A DNA stretch of 51,580 nt from Nitrososphaerota archaeon (lineage in GTDB: Archaea > Thermoproteota > Nitrososphaeria > PSMU01). This document shows, piece by piece, positions 24,908-34,343 of the stretch (position 1 is the stretch's first letter; the number at the start of each line of letters is the position of its first letter). Where the stretch lies: contig PSMU01000008.1 in NCBI GenBank assembly GCA_040290255.1, forward strand, positions 1 to 51,580, in the 5' to 3' direction. The position numbers and the translations under genes were made by a program. The notes beneath the pieces are model-generated. The model saw nothing but the letters and a program-made list of their open reading frames with translations, was not told where the DNA came from and did no database searches.

Positions 24908-26404
24908 GTGCAGGTCTCCCGCGAGACCTTCGCAACTAAATATGGCTTCTTGGCCGCTTCAACTTCCATACTTGCCGGCATAGGCACCATGACCATCCTC
25001 GGCTTCAGGGCCATCGCCTGGGGCAGCGGAGCCTTCATGCTCTGGTTCGTACTGGGCTACCTCTTCATCAACATACCGATCTACCTTATCGACAGCGCCC
25101 TCGGCTACTGGAGCAGGAGGGCCGCGCCGCAAACTTGGGCGCAGGTGAGCAAAGGCAACCGATTCTTCGTCTGGCTGATCTGGTTCATCGCCACCAACGG
25201 GCAGCTGCTCTTCGTGACCTGGTATGTCGTGCTGTTGGGCGTATACTTGGATTACGCCATTAACGCTCCGTCGCAGTTCTGGGGCACAAGCCCCGGCAGC
25301 TTCTTTTGGGATACCTACGGGGTTACGCTCAGGCCTCTAGCCTTTGGCCTTTTGCTCTGGCTCCTCGCCTGGTTCCTGATGTACAAGTCCGTGAACAGAT
25401 GGGTGAGGTTCGCGCTCTGGGCAAAGCCCGTGACGAGCATCATAATCGTGGTCCTGCTCATGTGGACGCTGGTCAACTTCCCCAACTGGCCCAACGCCTG
25501 GGGCCAGACCTTCTCCTTTAAGCCGGGGCAGTTTCTCAGCTTCATAGCCTTCAGCCAGGCGCTGTTATGGGTGCTCTGGAGGGCCGCGCCGGGCCAGGGC
25601 AACATCGTGGCCTTCGCCTCATACCTGCCCAAGGGCAGCGATATCTCCACCACCCTCTTCCTCTCGGGGTTCTGGGACATCCTTGTAATTGTACTGGCCG
25701 CTCTGGCCCTCCCTGCGCTGGCGCTGGGCGTAGGCATTCCTCCCCTCTTCGCCGGCAGCATAGGGCTCGCGTTTTCTGGCCTGCCACATGCCTGGAGTGC
25801 CGCTCCAGCAGGCCTGGTCATGGCAGTGCTCTTCTACATCATGGCGCTGCCCGCCGCGTATCCGCTGATGGTGGGCTACACGGAGGCCTATGCCGCGGCC
25901 GTCATGGATGAGCTCGGGTGGCCCAGGAGCAGGACAATAACCTTCCTCTTCTTCGCCGTCGGCCTACCCCTGCTCGTATTATACAGCCTGCCGATCTACG
26001 ACCCCGTGAACGGGAACAGCTGGGGCTTCACGCTGCTCTTCGCCGCTATCTACTGGGAGGCCCTGCTGCCTGCGATCGGCGTCGTCGCCGAGGTCATACT
26101 TGTGGCCAGGTACTTTGGCTTCGATAAAATAGTCGAGATCCTGAACGAGAATTCCACGCTGAAGCTGTCCAAGGGCTTCTTCAAGGCGCTCGTCGCCGTG
26201 GGCTTTCTGCTGAGCTTGGTGCTGCTGGTCTACATCTTCTCGGGCACCCTGGGGCTCTTTGGCGTAAAGCCCTACGATGTGGGCACCCTCCTATATGATG
26301 GAACATCCAACCACTATGCCGACCTGGCCGGCATCGGCATCGTCTTCATGCAGGTGGGCGTACCTGCCCTCGTGGGCCTGGCCGCGGCGCTGAGGAGGAG
26401 ATGA
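24908..26404 (+). CDS. Divergent neurotransmitter:sodium symporter (NSS/LeuT-like) family transporter
   Basis: RETFATKYGFL, WGSGAFML, VAFASYLPK, GLAFSGLP; about 12 TM segments. Confidence 0.75.
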   Translation: MQVSRETFATKYGFLAASTSILAGIGTMTILGFRAIAWGSGAFMLWFVLGYLFINIPIYLIDSALGYWSRRAAPQTWAQVSKGNRFFVWLIWFIATNGQLLFVTWYVVLLGVYLDYAINAPSQFWGTSPGSFFWDTYGVTLRPLAFGLLLWLLAWFLMYKSVNRWVRFALWAKPVTSIIIVVLLMWTLVNFPNWPNAWGQTFSFKPGQFLSFIAFSQALLWVLWRAAPGQGNIVAFASYLPKGSDISTTLFLSGFWDILVIVLAALALPALALGVGIPPLFAGSIGLAFSGLPHAWSAAPAGLVMAVLFYIMALPAAYPLMVGYTEAYAAAVMDELGWPRSRTITFLFFAVGLPLLVLYSLPIYDPVNGNSWGFTLLFAAIYWEALLPAIGVVAEVILVARYFGFDKIVEILNENSTLKLSKGFFKALVAVGFLLSLVLLVYIFSGTLGLFGVKPYDVGTLLYDGTSNHYADLAGIGIVFMQVGVPALVGLAAALRRR

Positions 26405-26895
26405 GCCTAAGGCACCTCCTGGCCTTCGTGCTCATGTTCCTGTCCGTAATCTCCCTTCCCCTCGCCCTCGCTCAGGACGAGGTGAGCATCACGGTGAAGG
26501 GCGGCACCGTTATCGAAGCCCCCCCACAGCTGTACACCGATACCAGCTACGTGCTGACGGTGACGGTGCTGGATGACTCGGGCGCGCCAAGGCCCAACGC
26601 TATGATAGCGCTGACCATCGTGGGCCCGGGCAACATCATAGGCGACGCCTCCGCACGAACCGGGCCCGATGGGAGGGCGCAGCTGCGCGTGATGTTCGAT
26701 GACGTTGGCACGCTACAGCTCTACGTCGATGGCAGCAGGGCGGGGCGCATCCTGATCTACTACAACAAGGTGCCCGTGCAGGTCATCGCTTATCCGCTCA
26801 CGCTCATGGTACTGCTCCTGGCGGCCGCCCTCTACGCGGCCTACTTGGGCCCGCTTTCCCTTGCCTTCAGGAGGCAAGGGGGCCAGACTTATTAG
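26401..26895 (+). CDS. Signal peptide + Ig-like (Big_1-type) domain + C-terminal TM protein
   Basis: LTVTVLDDSGAPRPNAMI...ARTGPDGRAQL; ATGA overlap with the transporter stop. Confidence 0.65.
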   Translation: MSLRHLLAFVLMFLSVISLPLALAQDEVSITVKGGTVIEAPPQLYTDTSYVLTVTVLDDSGAPRPNAMIALTIVGPGNIIGDASARTGPDGRAQLRVMFDDVGTLQLYVDGSRAGRILIYYNKVPVQVIAYPLTLMVLLLAAALYAAYLGPLSLAFRRQGGQTY

Positions 26896-26916
26896 GCGAA
26901 AGCCGCGCGAAGGGAC

Positions 26917-27846
26917 GTGCTGAGGCTGCTGGCGGCCGGTGACCCGCATCAGGACGCTCGGAAGCTGGAAAAGTTCTTCCAGGACTGCAGGTCGCTGCAG
27001 GCCGATGCGGTGCTGCTGCAGGGCGATTACCTAGCCCAGCATGAGAAGGATAAGCAGAGGGCGGCCGAGGCGATCGCTTCGCTCTTTCAGCCCGCCCGGC
27101 AGAGCGACAGGCCCTTCCTAGCGCTTTCCGGCAACTACGAGCCGCCTGGGAGCAGCTACTTGGCCAGCCAGAAGGCCGGCGGGGAACTTCCTCTCTTTCC
27201 CCTGGGCAGCTCCGACCCCTCAGGGCTCAGGGGAAATAGGCTGGAGCTCAAGGGCTACCTGCTCGCGGGGATCGACGGGAGCAACCCCATCAACGGCCAA
27301 CATCCCGGCGAGAGGAGCGAGCAGGAGCTGCTCTCTGCCCTGGAGGCCACGCTGCCCAGCTCCCCTGAGCCCCGCCGGCTGATCTTGGTAACACATGTTC
27401 CGCCTTATGAGAGCGGCAAAAGGGATGAGCTGGGCATGTTCGGCCTGCCCCAGACGTACTGGGGCAGGCATGTGGGCAGCACGGCCCTGCGCGAGGCGCT
27501 ATCAAGGTATAGGCCTCTGCTGCACATCTGCGGCCATGTGCACGAGGGCGTGGGCGTCTCCGTCTTCGACTGGAGGACCGGCAAGCTGCTGCTGGATCTG
27601 CCCACCAGAGCCTATGAAAGGTTCCTGTTCAGGATATATGAGGGCAGGGAGGCCACCATCTGCCTAAACCACGGCACGCTGGAGCACTGGGTCTACTTCG
27701 TGCTGCTCGTGCAGGAGCATGAGGGGTTCGTCGAGGTGGATATAGAAAAGAGGAGGCTGGGCGGCAAGGACCCGCTCTCCAAGCTGATCGACCCGCTCAT
27801 CAGGGGGGGCAGGCAATATGACAGGGTGGTGGAGCTGAGGGCTTGA
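26917..27846 (+). CDS. Calcineurin-like metallophosphoesterase (Icc-related)
   Basis: GDPH, GDY, GNYE, THVPP, CGHVHE. Confidence 0.85.
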   Translation: MLRLLAAGDPHQDARKLEKFFQDCRSLQADAVLLQGDYLAQHEKDKQRAAEAIASLFQPARQSDRPFLALSGNYEPPGSSYLASQKAGGELPLFPLGSSDPSGLRGNRLELKGYLLAGIDGSNPINGQHPGERSEQELLSALEATLPSSPEPRRLILVTHVPPYESGKRDELGMFGLPQTYWGRHVGSTALREALSRYRPLLHICGHVHEGVGVSVFDWRTGKLLLDLPTRAYERFLFRIYEGREATICLNHGTLEHWVYFVLLVQEHEGFVEVDIEKRRLGGKDPLSKLIDPLIRGGRQYDRVVELRA

Positions 27847-28349
27847 GGGTAAAGATCTCGGTGAACGACGCCTACAGGCGCTATGAGCTGCACGCCAAGA
27901 GGCTGGGCCTCCTGCTGGAGGCCATAGGAGCCAAGCCCCTGGGGCCCTGGAGGAGGGGCATGGATGCCGGCACGGCGCTGACCAGCGCATATTACGCGGA
28001 GACCCTCGAGAGGGAGTACGAGTGGGACGGCACGCCTGAAGACCTAAAGGAGCTGATGATGGGGGCCGAATACGTGAGGCTGCCCTCGAACCCGGGCCAC
28101 TCGCCCTTCGTCCTGAAGCTCGGGGACGATGCATACGTCAAGGTCTGTGACGTGGACGTCTACTATTACAGAAAGGGCTTTCTGGGGGGCTGGTTCAAGG
28201 TCCACTCCAGGGCGCTTGCAAGGCAGCGCAGGCTGGCCAGGGAGGAGCTCCTGAAGGGATGTATAAGGCGCCTAGAGGACCTTACGCAGGGCCTGCGCGA
28301 GGACTTAAGGGCCGAGCTGCTCGCCACTTCACGGGCCCTCGCCTCCTAG
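27843..28349 (+). CDS. Hypothetical protein
   Basis: TTGA overlap with the preceding gene; typical codon usage; no recognised motif. Confidence 0.65.
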   Translation: MRVKISVNDAYRRYELHAKRLGLLLEAIGAKPLGPWRRGMDAGTALTSAYYAETLEREYEWDGTPEDLKELMMGAEYVRLPSNPGHSPFVLKLGDDAYVKVCDVDVYYYRKGFLGGWFKVHSRALARQRRLAREELLKGCIRRLEDLTQGLREDLRAELLATSRALAS

Positions 28350-28356
28350 CGCAGGC

Positions 28357-28364
28357 TTTTATAA
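28357..28364 (+). promoter_or_regulatory. TATA box
   Basis: TTTTATAA about 21 nt upstream of ATG 28385. Confidence 0.6.
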
Positions 28365-28384
28365 CGAGCCGGGCCTGAGCCCTC

Positions 28385-29770
28385 ATGGTGCAGCTGAACG
28401 TAGAACAGGAGCTCGAGCAGCTCAGCTTCAGCGAGGCGCCCCGCATAGCGGTTAAGCCGCCGGGGCCTCGCTCCCGAGCCCTCCTGCAGGTGCAGGAGCG
28501 GCTGGAGACCCGTTCGCTCATCTACCCCAAGCTCTTTCCCTTCGCAATAGACGCGGCCAGGGGCGCAACGCTCAGGGATGTAGATGGCAACTACTACATT
28601 GACTGGGCCGCGGGCATCGCCGTGCTCAACGCGGGCCATAATAACCCCTACGTGGCCAAGGCCGTCAGGGAGCAGCTCGAAAGGTACTGGCACTGGCTCT
28701 CGGAGGTGCCCAGCGAGGTCCGCATCGAGTTCCTGAGGAAGGTGAACTCCATCCTGCCAGCCGGGCTAAGGGACAGGGCCAAGTTCATGACCTGCATCAC
28801 GGGCGCCGATGCCTGCGAAGCCGCCGTGGCCCTTGCCCGGTGGGCCAAGCGCAGGCCCGTGATCCTTGCCTTTGAGGGGGCATATCACGGCGTCCACCAG
28901 GGCATCGTGGTCGCCACGGCCAAGAGGGAGCTTCAAAGGCTCGCGGGCGTGCCGCTGGTCAACGTCGTGCGTCTCCCGTACCCCTACCCCTACCGCTGCC
29001 CCTTCGGCGGTGGAAGCGGAGAGGAGTGCGGCGCCCGCATACTATCCTATGTGGAGCACCTGCTGAGCGATCCTTATACGGGCATAGGGGAGCCCGCCGC
29101 GGTCATCGTGGAGCCCATTCAGGGCGAGGGAGGGTATATCATTCCCCCCAGGGACTTCCTCAGGGGGCTGAGGGAGCTCTGCGATAGGCACGGGCTCCTG
29201 CTCATCGCCGATGAGGTTCAGAGCGGCGTAGGAAGGACGGGCCGATGGTGGGCCGTCGAGCACTTCGGCGTCGTGCCTGATATCATCTGCATCTCCAAGG
29301 CCATAGGGGGCGGCATACCGCTCGCGCTGGTGGCCTACAGGGAGGAGCTGGATGAGGGGCTCGAGGAGATGTTTCATCTGGGCACGTACCGCGCCAATCC
29401 CCTGGCCATGGCCGCCGGCAGGGCCGTGGTCGAGTATATAGAAGGCAGGGACCTGCTGAGGCGCACCTGGGAGCTGGGCGAATACCTGAAGGGCAGGCTC
29501 GCGGAGCTCGCCAAGAGCTACCCCCTCATAGGCGATGTAAGGGGGCTGGGCTTTATGGTGGGCATAGAGCTGGTCAAGCCTGGGACAAAGGAGCCATGGC
29601 CCGAGGCCGCGGCCAGGCTTCGCAGGGAGATGCTCGAGAGGGGCCTGCTGATGCACACCTGCGGCCACTACGCCAACGTGCTTAGGTTCATGGCCCCGCT
29701 GGTCCTCTCCCGGCGCCACCTTGAAGCGGGCCTCGGTATCCTTGAGCAGGCGCTCAGGGCGCTGAGCTAG
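28385..29770 (+). CDS. Class III PLP aminotransferase (4-aminobutyrate aminotransferase-like)
   Basis: DVDGNYYID, FEGAYHG, EPIQGEGG, IADEVQSGVGRTG, SKAIGGG, DVRGLG. Confidence 0.92.
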   Translation: MVQLNVEQELEQLSFSEAPRIAVKPPGPRSRALLQVQERLETRSLIYPKLFPFAIDAARGATLRDVDGNYYIDWAAGIAVLNAGHNNPYVAKAVREQLERYWHWLSEVPSEVRIEFLRKVNSILPAGLRDRAKFMTCITGADACEAAVALARWAKRRPVILAFEGAYHGVHQGIVVATAKRELQRLAGVPLVNVVRLPYPYPYRCPFGGGSGEECGARILSYVEHLLSDPYTGIGEPAAVIVEPIQGEGGYIIPPRDFLRGLRELCDRHGLLLIADEVQSGVGRTGRWWAVEHFGVVPDIICISKAIGGGIPLALVAYREELDEGLEEMFHLGTYRANPLAMAAGRAVVEYIEGRDLLRRTWELGEYLKGRLAELAKSYPLIGDVRGLGFMVGIELVKPGTKEPWPEAAARLRREMLERGLLMHTCGHYANVLRFMAPLVLSRRHLEAGLGILEQALRALS

Positions 29771-29777
29771 CGCCGCC

Positions 29778-30821
29778 TTGAAGGTCGTCCGCTTCACCAC
29801 CAGCATGGTGGCTGGCCTGGGCTCGCTCGGGGATGCGCCTCCCTTCCTGGAGGAGGAGCGCTTTCCCAAGCAGGCCCTGCTCCTCACGGGCAAGGTGCAC
29901 TCGAAGGCCATCGGGGAGCAGCTGGCGGAGGGCCTGAAGGAGAGGGGCTTCAGCCTGCGACGGCTGGAGGTGGAGGGCGGCGCGACCGAGGAGAACGCCG
30001 AGCTCGTATTGCAGCGCGCCAGGATGGAGGGCGTGGGCGGCATAGTGGCGGTGGGCGGGGGGTCCGTGATGGACCTAGCGAAGTACTGCGCGAGGGCCCT
30101 GGGCCTGCGCCTCGCCGTGGTGCCCACGAACTTGGCCAGCGACGCCCTGGCCTCGCCCTTCAGCGTGCTTTGGAGCAGGGGCACTTCAAAGGCACATAGA
30201 ACGATGGTGCCCCACTACATCATAGGCGATTACGATGTGTTGATGAAGGAGCCACATGCCTTTGTCGCGGCCGGCTTCGCGGACATGCTGGCAAAGCATA
30301 CCGCGCTCTATGACTGGAGGCTGGCCTTCTGGCTGGCGGATGAGCCCTACCTCGACTTCGCCGCCCGCCTGGCGGAATCGGTGCTTAGGCTGCTCGTGGG
30401 GAGGGTGGATGATATAGCGGCGCAGAACTACATCGGCGTAGAGACGCTCTTTTACGCGGAGGTGCACGACGGCTACCTTATGGAGCTCGCCGGGACCACC
30501 CGCGTGGCCGCGGGCTCCGAACACCTCATAGCCTTCGCGCTCGAGCAGCTGAAGGGCCCGGGCCGGCTGCATGGTTTCGAGGTGGGGCTGGGCACGATCA
30601 TGGCCGCCTATCTACAGGGGAGGGGCTGGAGGAGGGTTCGGGAGCTGCTGCAGAGGGTGGGCGCTCCCACGAGCGGGGGGCAGCTGGGCCTCTCGAGGGA
30701 AGAGCTGGCCGAAGCCCTATCGAAGGCCCATTTGACCAGGCCTTGGTATACCATATTGGGCAGGACGGGCATATCGAAGGCCAAGGCGGAGAGGCTCCTG
30801 CGCTACTCGCAAGTGGCCTAG
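29778..30821 (+). CDS. Glycerol-1-phosphate dehydrogenase (EgsA)-like dehydrogenase
   Basis: GGGSVMDLAK, VPTNLASDALASP, AGSEHL, LHGFEVGLGT, RPWYTIL. Confidence 0.75.
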   Translation: MKVVRFTTSMVAGLGSLGDAPPFLEEERFPKQALLLTGKVHSKAIGEQLAEGLKERGFSLRRLEVEGGATEENAELVLQRARMEGVGGIVAVGGGSVMDLAKYCARALGLRLAVVPTNLASDALASPFSVLWSRGTSKAHRTMVPHYIIGDYDVLMKEPHAFVAAGFADMLAKHTALYDWRLAFWLADEPYLDFAARLAESVLRLLVGRVDDIAAQNYIGVETLFYAEVHDGYLMELAGTTRVAAGSEHLIAFALEQLKGPGRLHGFEVGLGTIMAAYLQGRGWRRVRELLQRVGAPTSGGQLGLSREELAEALSKAHLTRPWYTILGRTGISKAKAERLLRYSQVA

Positions 30822-30889
30822 CCCAATTCCCATTGCCGGCTTTCACAAGGGGCGAAAGGCTGTTATGCGCTGCCCTCCATCTATACGGC

Positions 30890-31213
30890 GTGAAGGTAAG
30901 GCTGATCAGGAACGAGCAGATAAGGAGGGCGCTGGTGGGCAGGCCGAGCGGGGAAAGGAGGCTCAGGGTCATAATAGAGCTGGAGGGCGAGGTCTTGATC
31001 TTTGAGGAGGCGGCCTTCGCCAACCTGGCCAGGGCCTATCATTGGGTCTATGACCATCCCCAGCGCTTTGCGCTCGAGCTGCGCTATGCGAGGCTGGCGG
31101 AGGAGCAGCGCAAGAAGGGTTATGCGGAGCACCAGCTGCTGGAGACGGAGAAGCCCGATGCGGAGGTGCAGAGGGAAATAGATGCCCTTATCGCGCGGGC
31201 CGCAGAGGGCTAG
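30890..31213 (+). CDS. Conserved hypothetical protein
   Basis: MKVRLIRNEQI...LIFEEAAFANLARAY...HP...RKKGYAEHQLLE resembles a small archaeal family of unknown function; GTG start is inferred. Confidence 0.6.
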   Translation: MKVRLIRNEQIRRALVGRPSGERRLRVIIELEGEVLIFEEAAFANLARAYHWVYDHPQRFALELRYARLAEEQRKKGYAEHQLLETEKPDAEVQREIDALIARAAEG

Positions 31214-31223
31214 CTGGCCTAGC

Positions 31224-32915
31224 CTAGGCCCCGCTTTCCTGCGCCAACAGGGCCCTGGCGAATTCCCTCAACCTCCTCCTGTAGAGCGACCTGGGAGGAT
31301 AGCCAAGGGAGCAGCCATAGGTCGCCAGCCTGACCAGCTTCCGCCGGCTCCTCCTGAGCCTCCTTTCTATGGCCGCTATCTCCTGCCCTATCACCGCGTA
31401 GCTGGTCGCATAGCCGGGGCCGTTGAGCTGGTGTGCGGGAAAGAGCTGATAGTAGACCGTCTTCCTATCGATCCCCGTCTCCCTCTCTGCCCACTCCAGA
31501 AATTCGGGCAGCGTCATCATGTCCGAGTTAATGTTCGCATCGCCCACGACGCGCAGAAAGCGAATGAGCCTCCATTTCCTCGTCACGAACTCGAGCTCGA
31601 GAAGCCTCCTCCTTAGGCCGCCATTTCTCTCTAGGTATGCCAGGAGGTTTTCCTCGACCCTTGAGCGCCTCGCCTTCCTCAGCGTATCCTTCAGCGCCCA
31701 GAGGAACTCCATCTCCCTCTGGAAGGAGAGGCCCTCGGAGATAGGGCCCGCGAAGGTGGTCGAGATCCTCTCCAGCAGCCTCGGCCTCCTGCCATACCCT
31801 ACCGCGCTCCTGGCGAAGTGCAGGTCGTGGCCCATCTCCTCGTGCACGTAGACGTTGATCAGGTCCGCCAGGCTGGCCATGGGCGAGAACCTTTCATCCG
31901 TGGTGACTAGGTACAGCTGGCGAGGCCTCTGCGTGAGCGAATCCACACCGAAGGCCGCGGCGGTGGGAAGCATGCTGGCTAAGTAGGGCGGCGTTTCCAT
32001 CACCTCCGCGTTGTAGCTGCGCGGCACCCTTACCACGTACCTGTCGATGTAGGGCTGAAGCAGCGTCCTCAGCTCCTTGGTCTTCTCTATCAGCGCCGAA
32101 CCCCTTAGGCCATCGGCCCTGGCCATCGCTCGGCTGACCTCTTCCAAGCTCGGCTCACAGCCATAAATCCGCGCCAGCCGCCGCATCACCCTCCTGAGCG
32201 CTGGCAGCTCGCTCCTTATCCATCCCTTTGCCTTCTCGGCCAGCCTCCTCGGGTCCTCGGCATAGTCCAGGGCTTTACGCAACCAAGGCTCGTAGATGTG
32301 CGCCCTGCCCATGCCCGCATCTCCTTGAGCGAGGAGCCCCATCACCTCCTCGTAGGTGCCCTCCTTTAGCTCCGGGGCCTTCAGCGCCCTTAGATACTCC
32401 TCGGCCTCCTGCCTAACCCTGGAGCAGAGCTCCTTCAGCCGCTCGCGCTTCGCCTCCCGCTTCACCACCTCCAGCGCCCCCACGAGGCCCCTGCAGGCGA
32501 GGGTGGTGAGGATGCGAAGCGTCAGCGGCCAGCTCTTCGAGGCCATCCTCGCCCTCGCGTTGGCAAAGGACCTGATGCCCGATTCGAGCAGGGGCTCAAG
32601 GTGGTCCTCCTTGACCCCTTCCTTCACCAAGTAGCCGAAGAGCGCCCCCAGCAGGGCGCTGGGCGCGTTCATAGGTTCCTCGTACTGCAGGGCTATCTCG
32701 AAGGAGTCCAGCATCTTCTTCACAAGCCTTCCCCTGGCCCTCATCTTCAGCACGCCTATCCTCTCCAAGAGCGTTTGGATCTGCGAAGTTGAGCCCTCGA
32801 AGATCCTTCCCACGCACTCCTCCACGCCCTCCAGGTAAGCTCCCGCGGGGTTGAGCTCCTTCCAAAGCTCGAAGACCTCGGCCTCCAGCCTGCTTCTGGG
32901 CCTTACCGCCAGCAC
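31224..32915 (-). CDS. DUF885-like putative zinc metallopeptidase
   Basis: VHEEMGH...ISEG and PGYATSYAVIG, in a helical protein of about 560 aa. Confidence 0.6.
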   Translation of the reverse strand: MLAVRPRSRLEAEVFELWKELNPAGAYLEGVEECVGRIFEGSTSQIQTLLERIGVLKMRARGRLVKKMLDSFEIALQYEEPMNAPSALLGALFGYLVKEGVKEDHLEPLLESGIRSFANARARMASKSWPLTLRILTTLACRGLVGALEVVKREAKRERLKELCSRVRQEAEEYLRALKAPELKEGTYEEVMGLLAQGDAGMGRAHIYEPWLRKALDYAEDPRRLAEKAKGWIRSELPALRRVMRRLARIYGCEPSLEEVSRAMARADGLRGSALIEKTKELRTLLQPYIDRYVVRVPRSYNAEVMETPPYLASMLPTAAAFGVDSLTQRPRQLYLVTTDERFSPMASLADLINVYVHEEMGHDLHFARSAVGYGRRPRLLERISTTFAGPISEGLSFQREMEFLWALKDTLRKARRSRVEENLLAYLERNGGLRRRLLELEFVTRKWRLIRFLRVVGDANINSDMMTLPEFLEWAERETGIDRKTVYYQLFPAHQLNGPGYATSYAVIGQEIAAIERRLRRSRRKLVRLATYGCSLGYPPRSLYRRRLREFARALLAQESGA

Positions 32916-33076
32916 GCGAAGCCCTCGGCCCCCATGCTTAAAGGGATGAGCCCAGCCAACCAGGCGTGGCCTACCCGGCCCAGCGGCGCGGATAAACGAG
33001 CTCCAGTCCCAACGACGCGCCCGGCGTCGCTCTGCCCGACGTCAACGCGAGGCAGGCGCGATGAGCATAAGGGCCC

Positions 33077-34327
33077 TCAAAGGCCATAGCGGGAGGGCGA
33101 GAGCGCTCGAAGCAGCTCATCCTCCTCTCCTGCCAACGCCTTCGCCAACAGCTCACCCGTGACGGCCGCCGTCGTAAGGCCGAGCCTGCAGTGCCCTGTT
33201 GCCATGAGCAGGTTCTCTATCTTCGTGGAGCGCCCTACCAAAGGAAATCCATCGGGCGTGCAGGGCCTGTATCCCACCCACCTCTCCTCTATCCTTGCCC
33301 GCGTAAAGGGTGGCAGATAGAGCCCTGCCTCTTTGGCGATCTGCTCGTGCCGCCCCGGCCGACCTGGCGAGCCCTCGCTGTCCAGCTCGAAGGAGGCCGT
33401 GGCCTTTAGCCTTCCATCTCCGAGCTGTGAGGTCGCTATCCTGAGGTCGCCACACATCACGGGCCTCGCGAGCCTCTCCTCGCTGGGCGTGCAGATGATG
33501 CCGTAGCCCCTGGCGGCGGCGACCAGGGGCCTCAGGTTTAGGGCCCTGAGCAGCGCGGAGGAGCGCGCGCCCGCGGCCAAGACCACGCTCTCCGCGCGGA
33601 GCCTCCTCCGTTCCGTCCTTACCCGCTCTATCCTCCGGGCATTCACGTCCAGCAGCACGGCCTCCTCCTCCAGCAGCTCGCCCCCCGAGCGCGTGACCAG
33701 CCCCCTGAGTTCTAAGAGCGTTCGCTGGGGGTTGGCCCAAGCGTCCTCCTCGTAAAGCAGGCCGCCCGTAATCTCCCTGCTCAGGCAGGGCTCCATGTTC
33801 AGGCACTCCTCCGCGCTCAGCTCCCTTATCCTAGCGCCCAGCCGCCTCAGTTCCTGGGCCCCAAGCTTTGCCGCCGTGAGCTTCTTCTCATCCCTGAAGA
33901 CCTCCAGGAGGCCCTCTTCCCTCAGCTCCAACTCGAGCTGCTCGCGGCGCACGATGGCCTTGAAGAGCTCCACGCCCCTTACGCACAGCTGCCTCAGAAG
34001 GCCCAGCGGCCGTCCCTCTCCTTGCCTGCCACCCCTCAGGAACTCCCACAGCCATCCCCCCGGCATGATCTCTCCTATCATAAAGCGCAGGGAAGCCCTT
34101 ACATGCGAGGAGGGGCTGAGGGCCCATCGGGCCAAGGTGAGCAGGCTCTTCGGAGGGGGGTGGGAGGGGCCGAAGCCCGCCGCCAGATAGCCCGCGTTGC
34201 CCCACGAAGCTGCCCTCCTAGGATCCCGGCCCGCCAGCACCGTCACCTCGAACTGCCTCCTTAAAAGAAAGTATGCGCAAAATAGGCCAACAACCCCTCC
34301 CCCGATGACTATAATGTGATGCCTCAA
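33077..34327 (-). CDS. D-amino acid dehydrogenase (DadA-like) FAD-dependent oxidoreductase
   Basis: IGGGVVG, ASWGNAG, WVGYRPCTPDGFP, ATGHCRLGLT. Confidence 0.85.
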   Translation of the reverse strand: MRHHIIVIGGGVVGLFCAYFLLRRQFEVTVLAGRDPRRAASWGNAGYLAAGFGPSHPPPKSLLTLARWALSPSSHVRASLRFMIGEIMPGGWLWEFLRGGRQGEGRPLGLLRQLCVRGVELFKAIVRREQLELELREEGLLEVFRDEKKLTAAKLGAQELRRLGARIRELSAEECLNMEPCLSREITGGLLYEEDAWANPQRTLLELRGLVTRSGGELLEEEAVLLDVNARRIERVRTERRRLRAESVVLAAGARSSALLRALNLRPLVAAARGYGIICTPSEERLARPVMCGDLRIATSQLGDGRLKATASFELDSEGSPGRPGRHEQIAKEAGLYLPPFTRARIEERWVGYRPCTPDGFPLVGRSTKIENLLMATGHCRLGLTTAAVTGELLAKALAGEEDELLRALSPSRYGL

Positions 34328-34343
34328 GGACGCGCAGCCCTGT

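Noticed and set aside
32916-33076. Structured ncRNA between the DUF885-like and dadA genes
   Set aside because: Short GC hairpins are expected at this GC content; no recognisable RNA family motif
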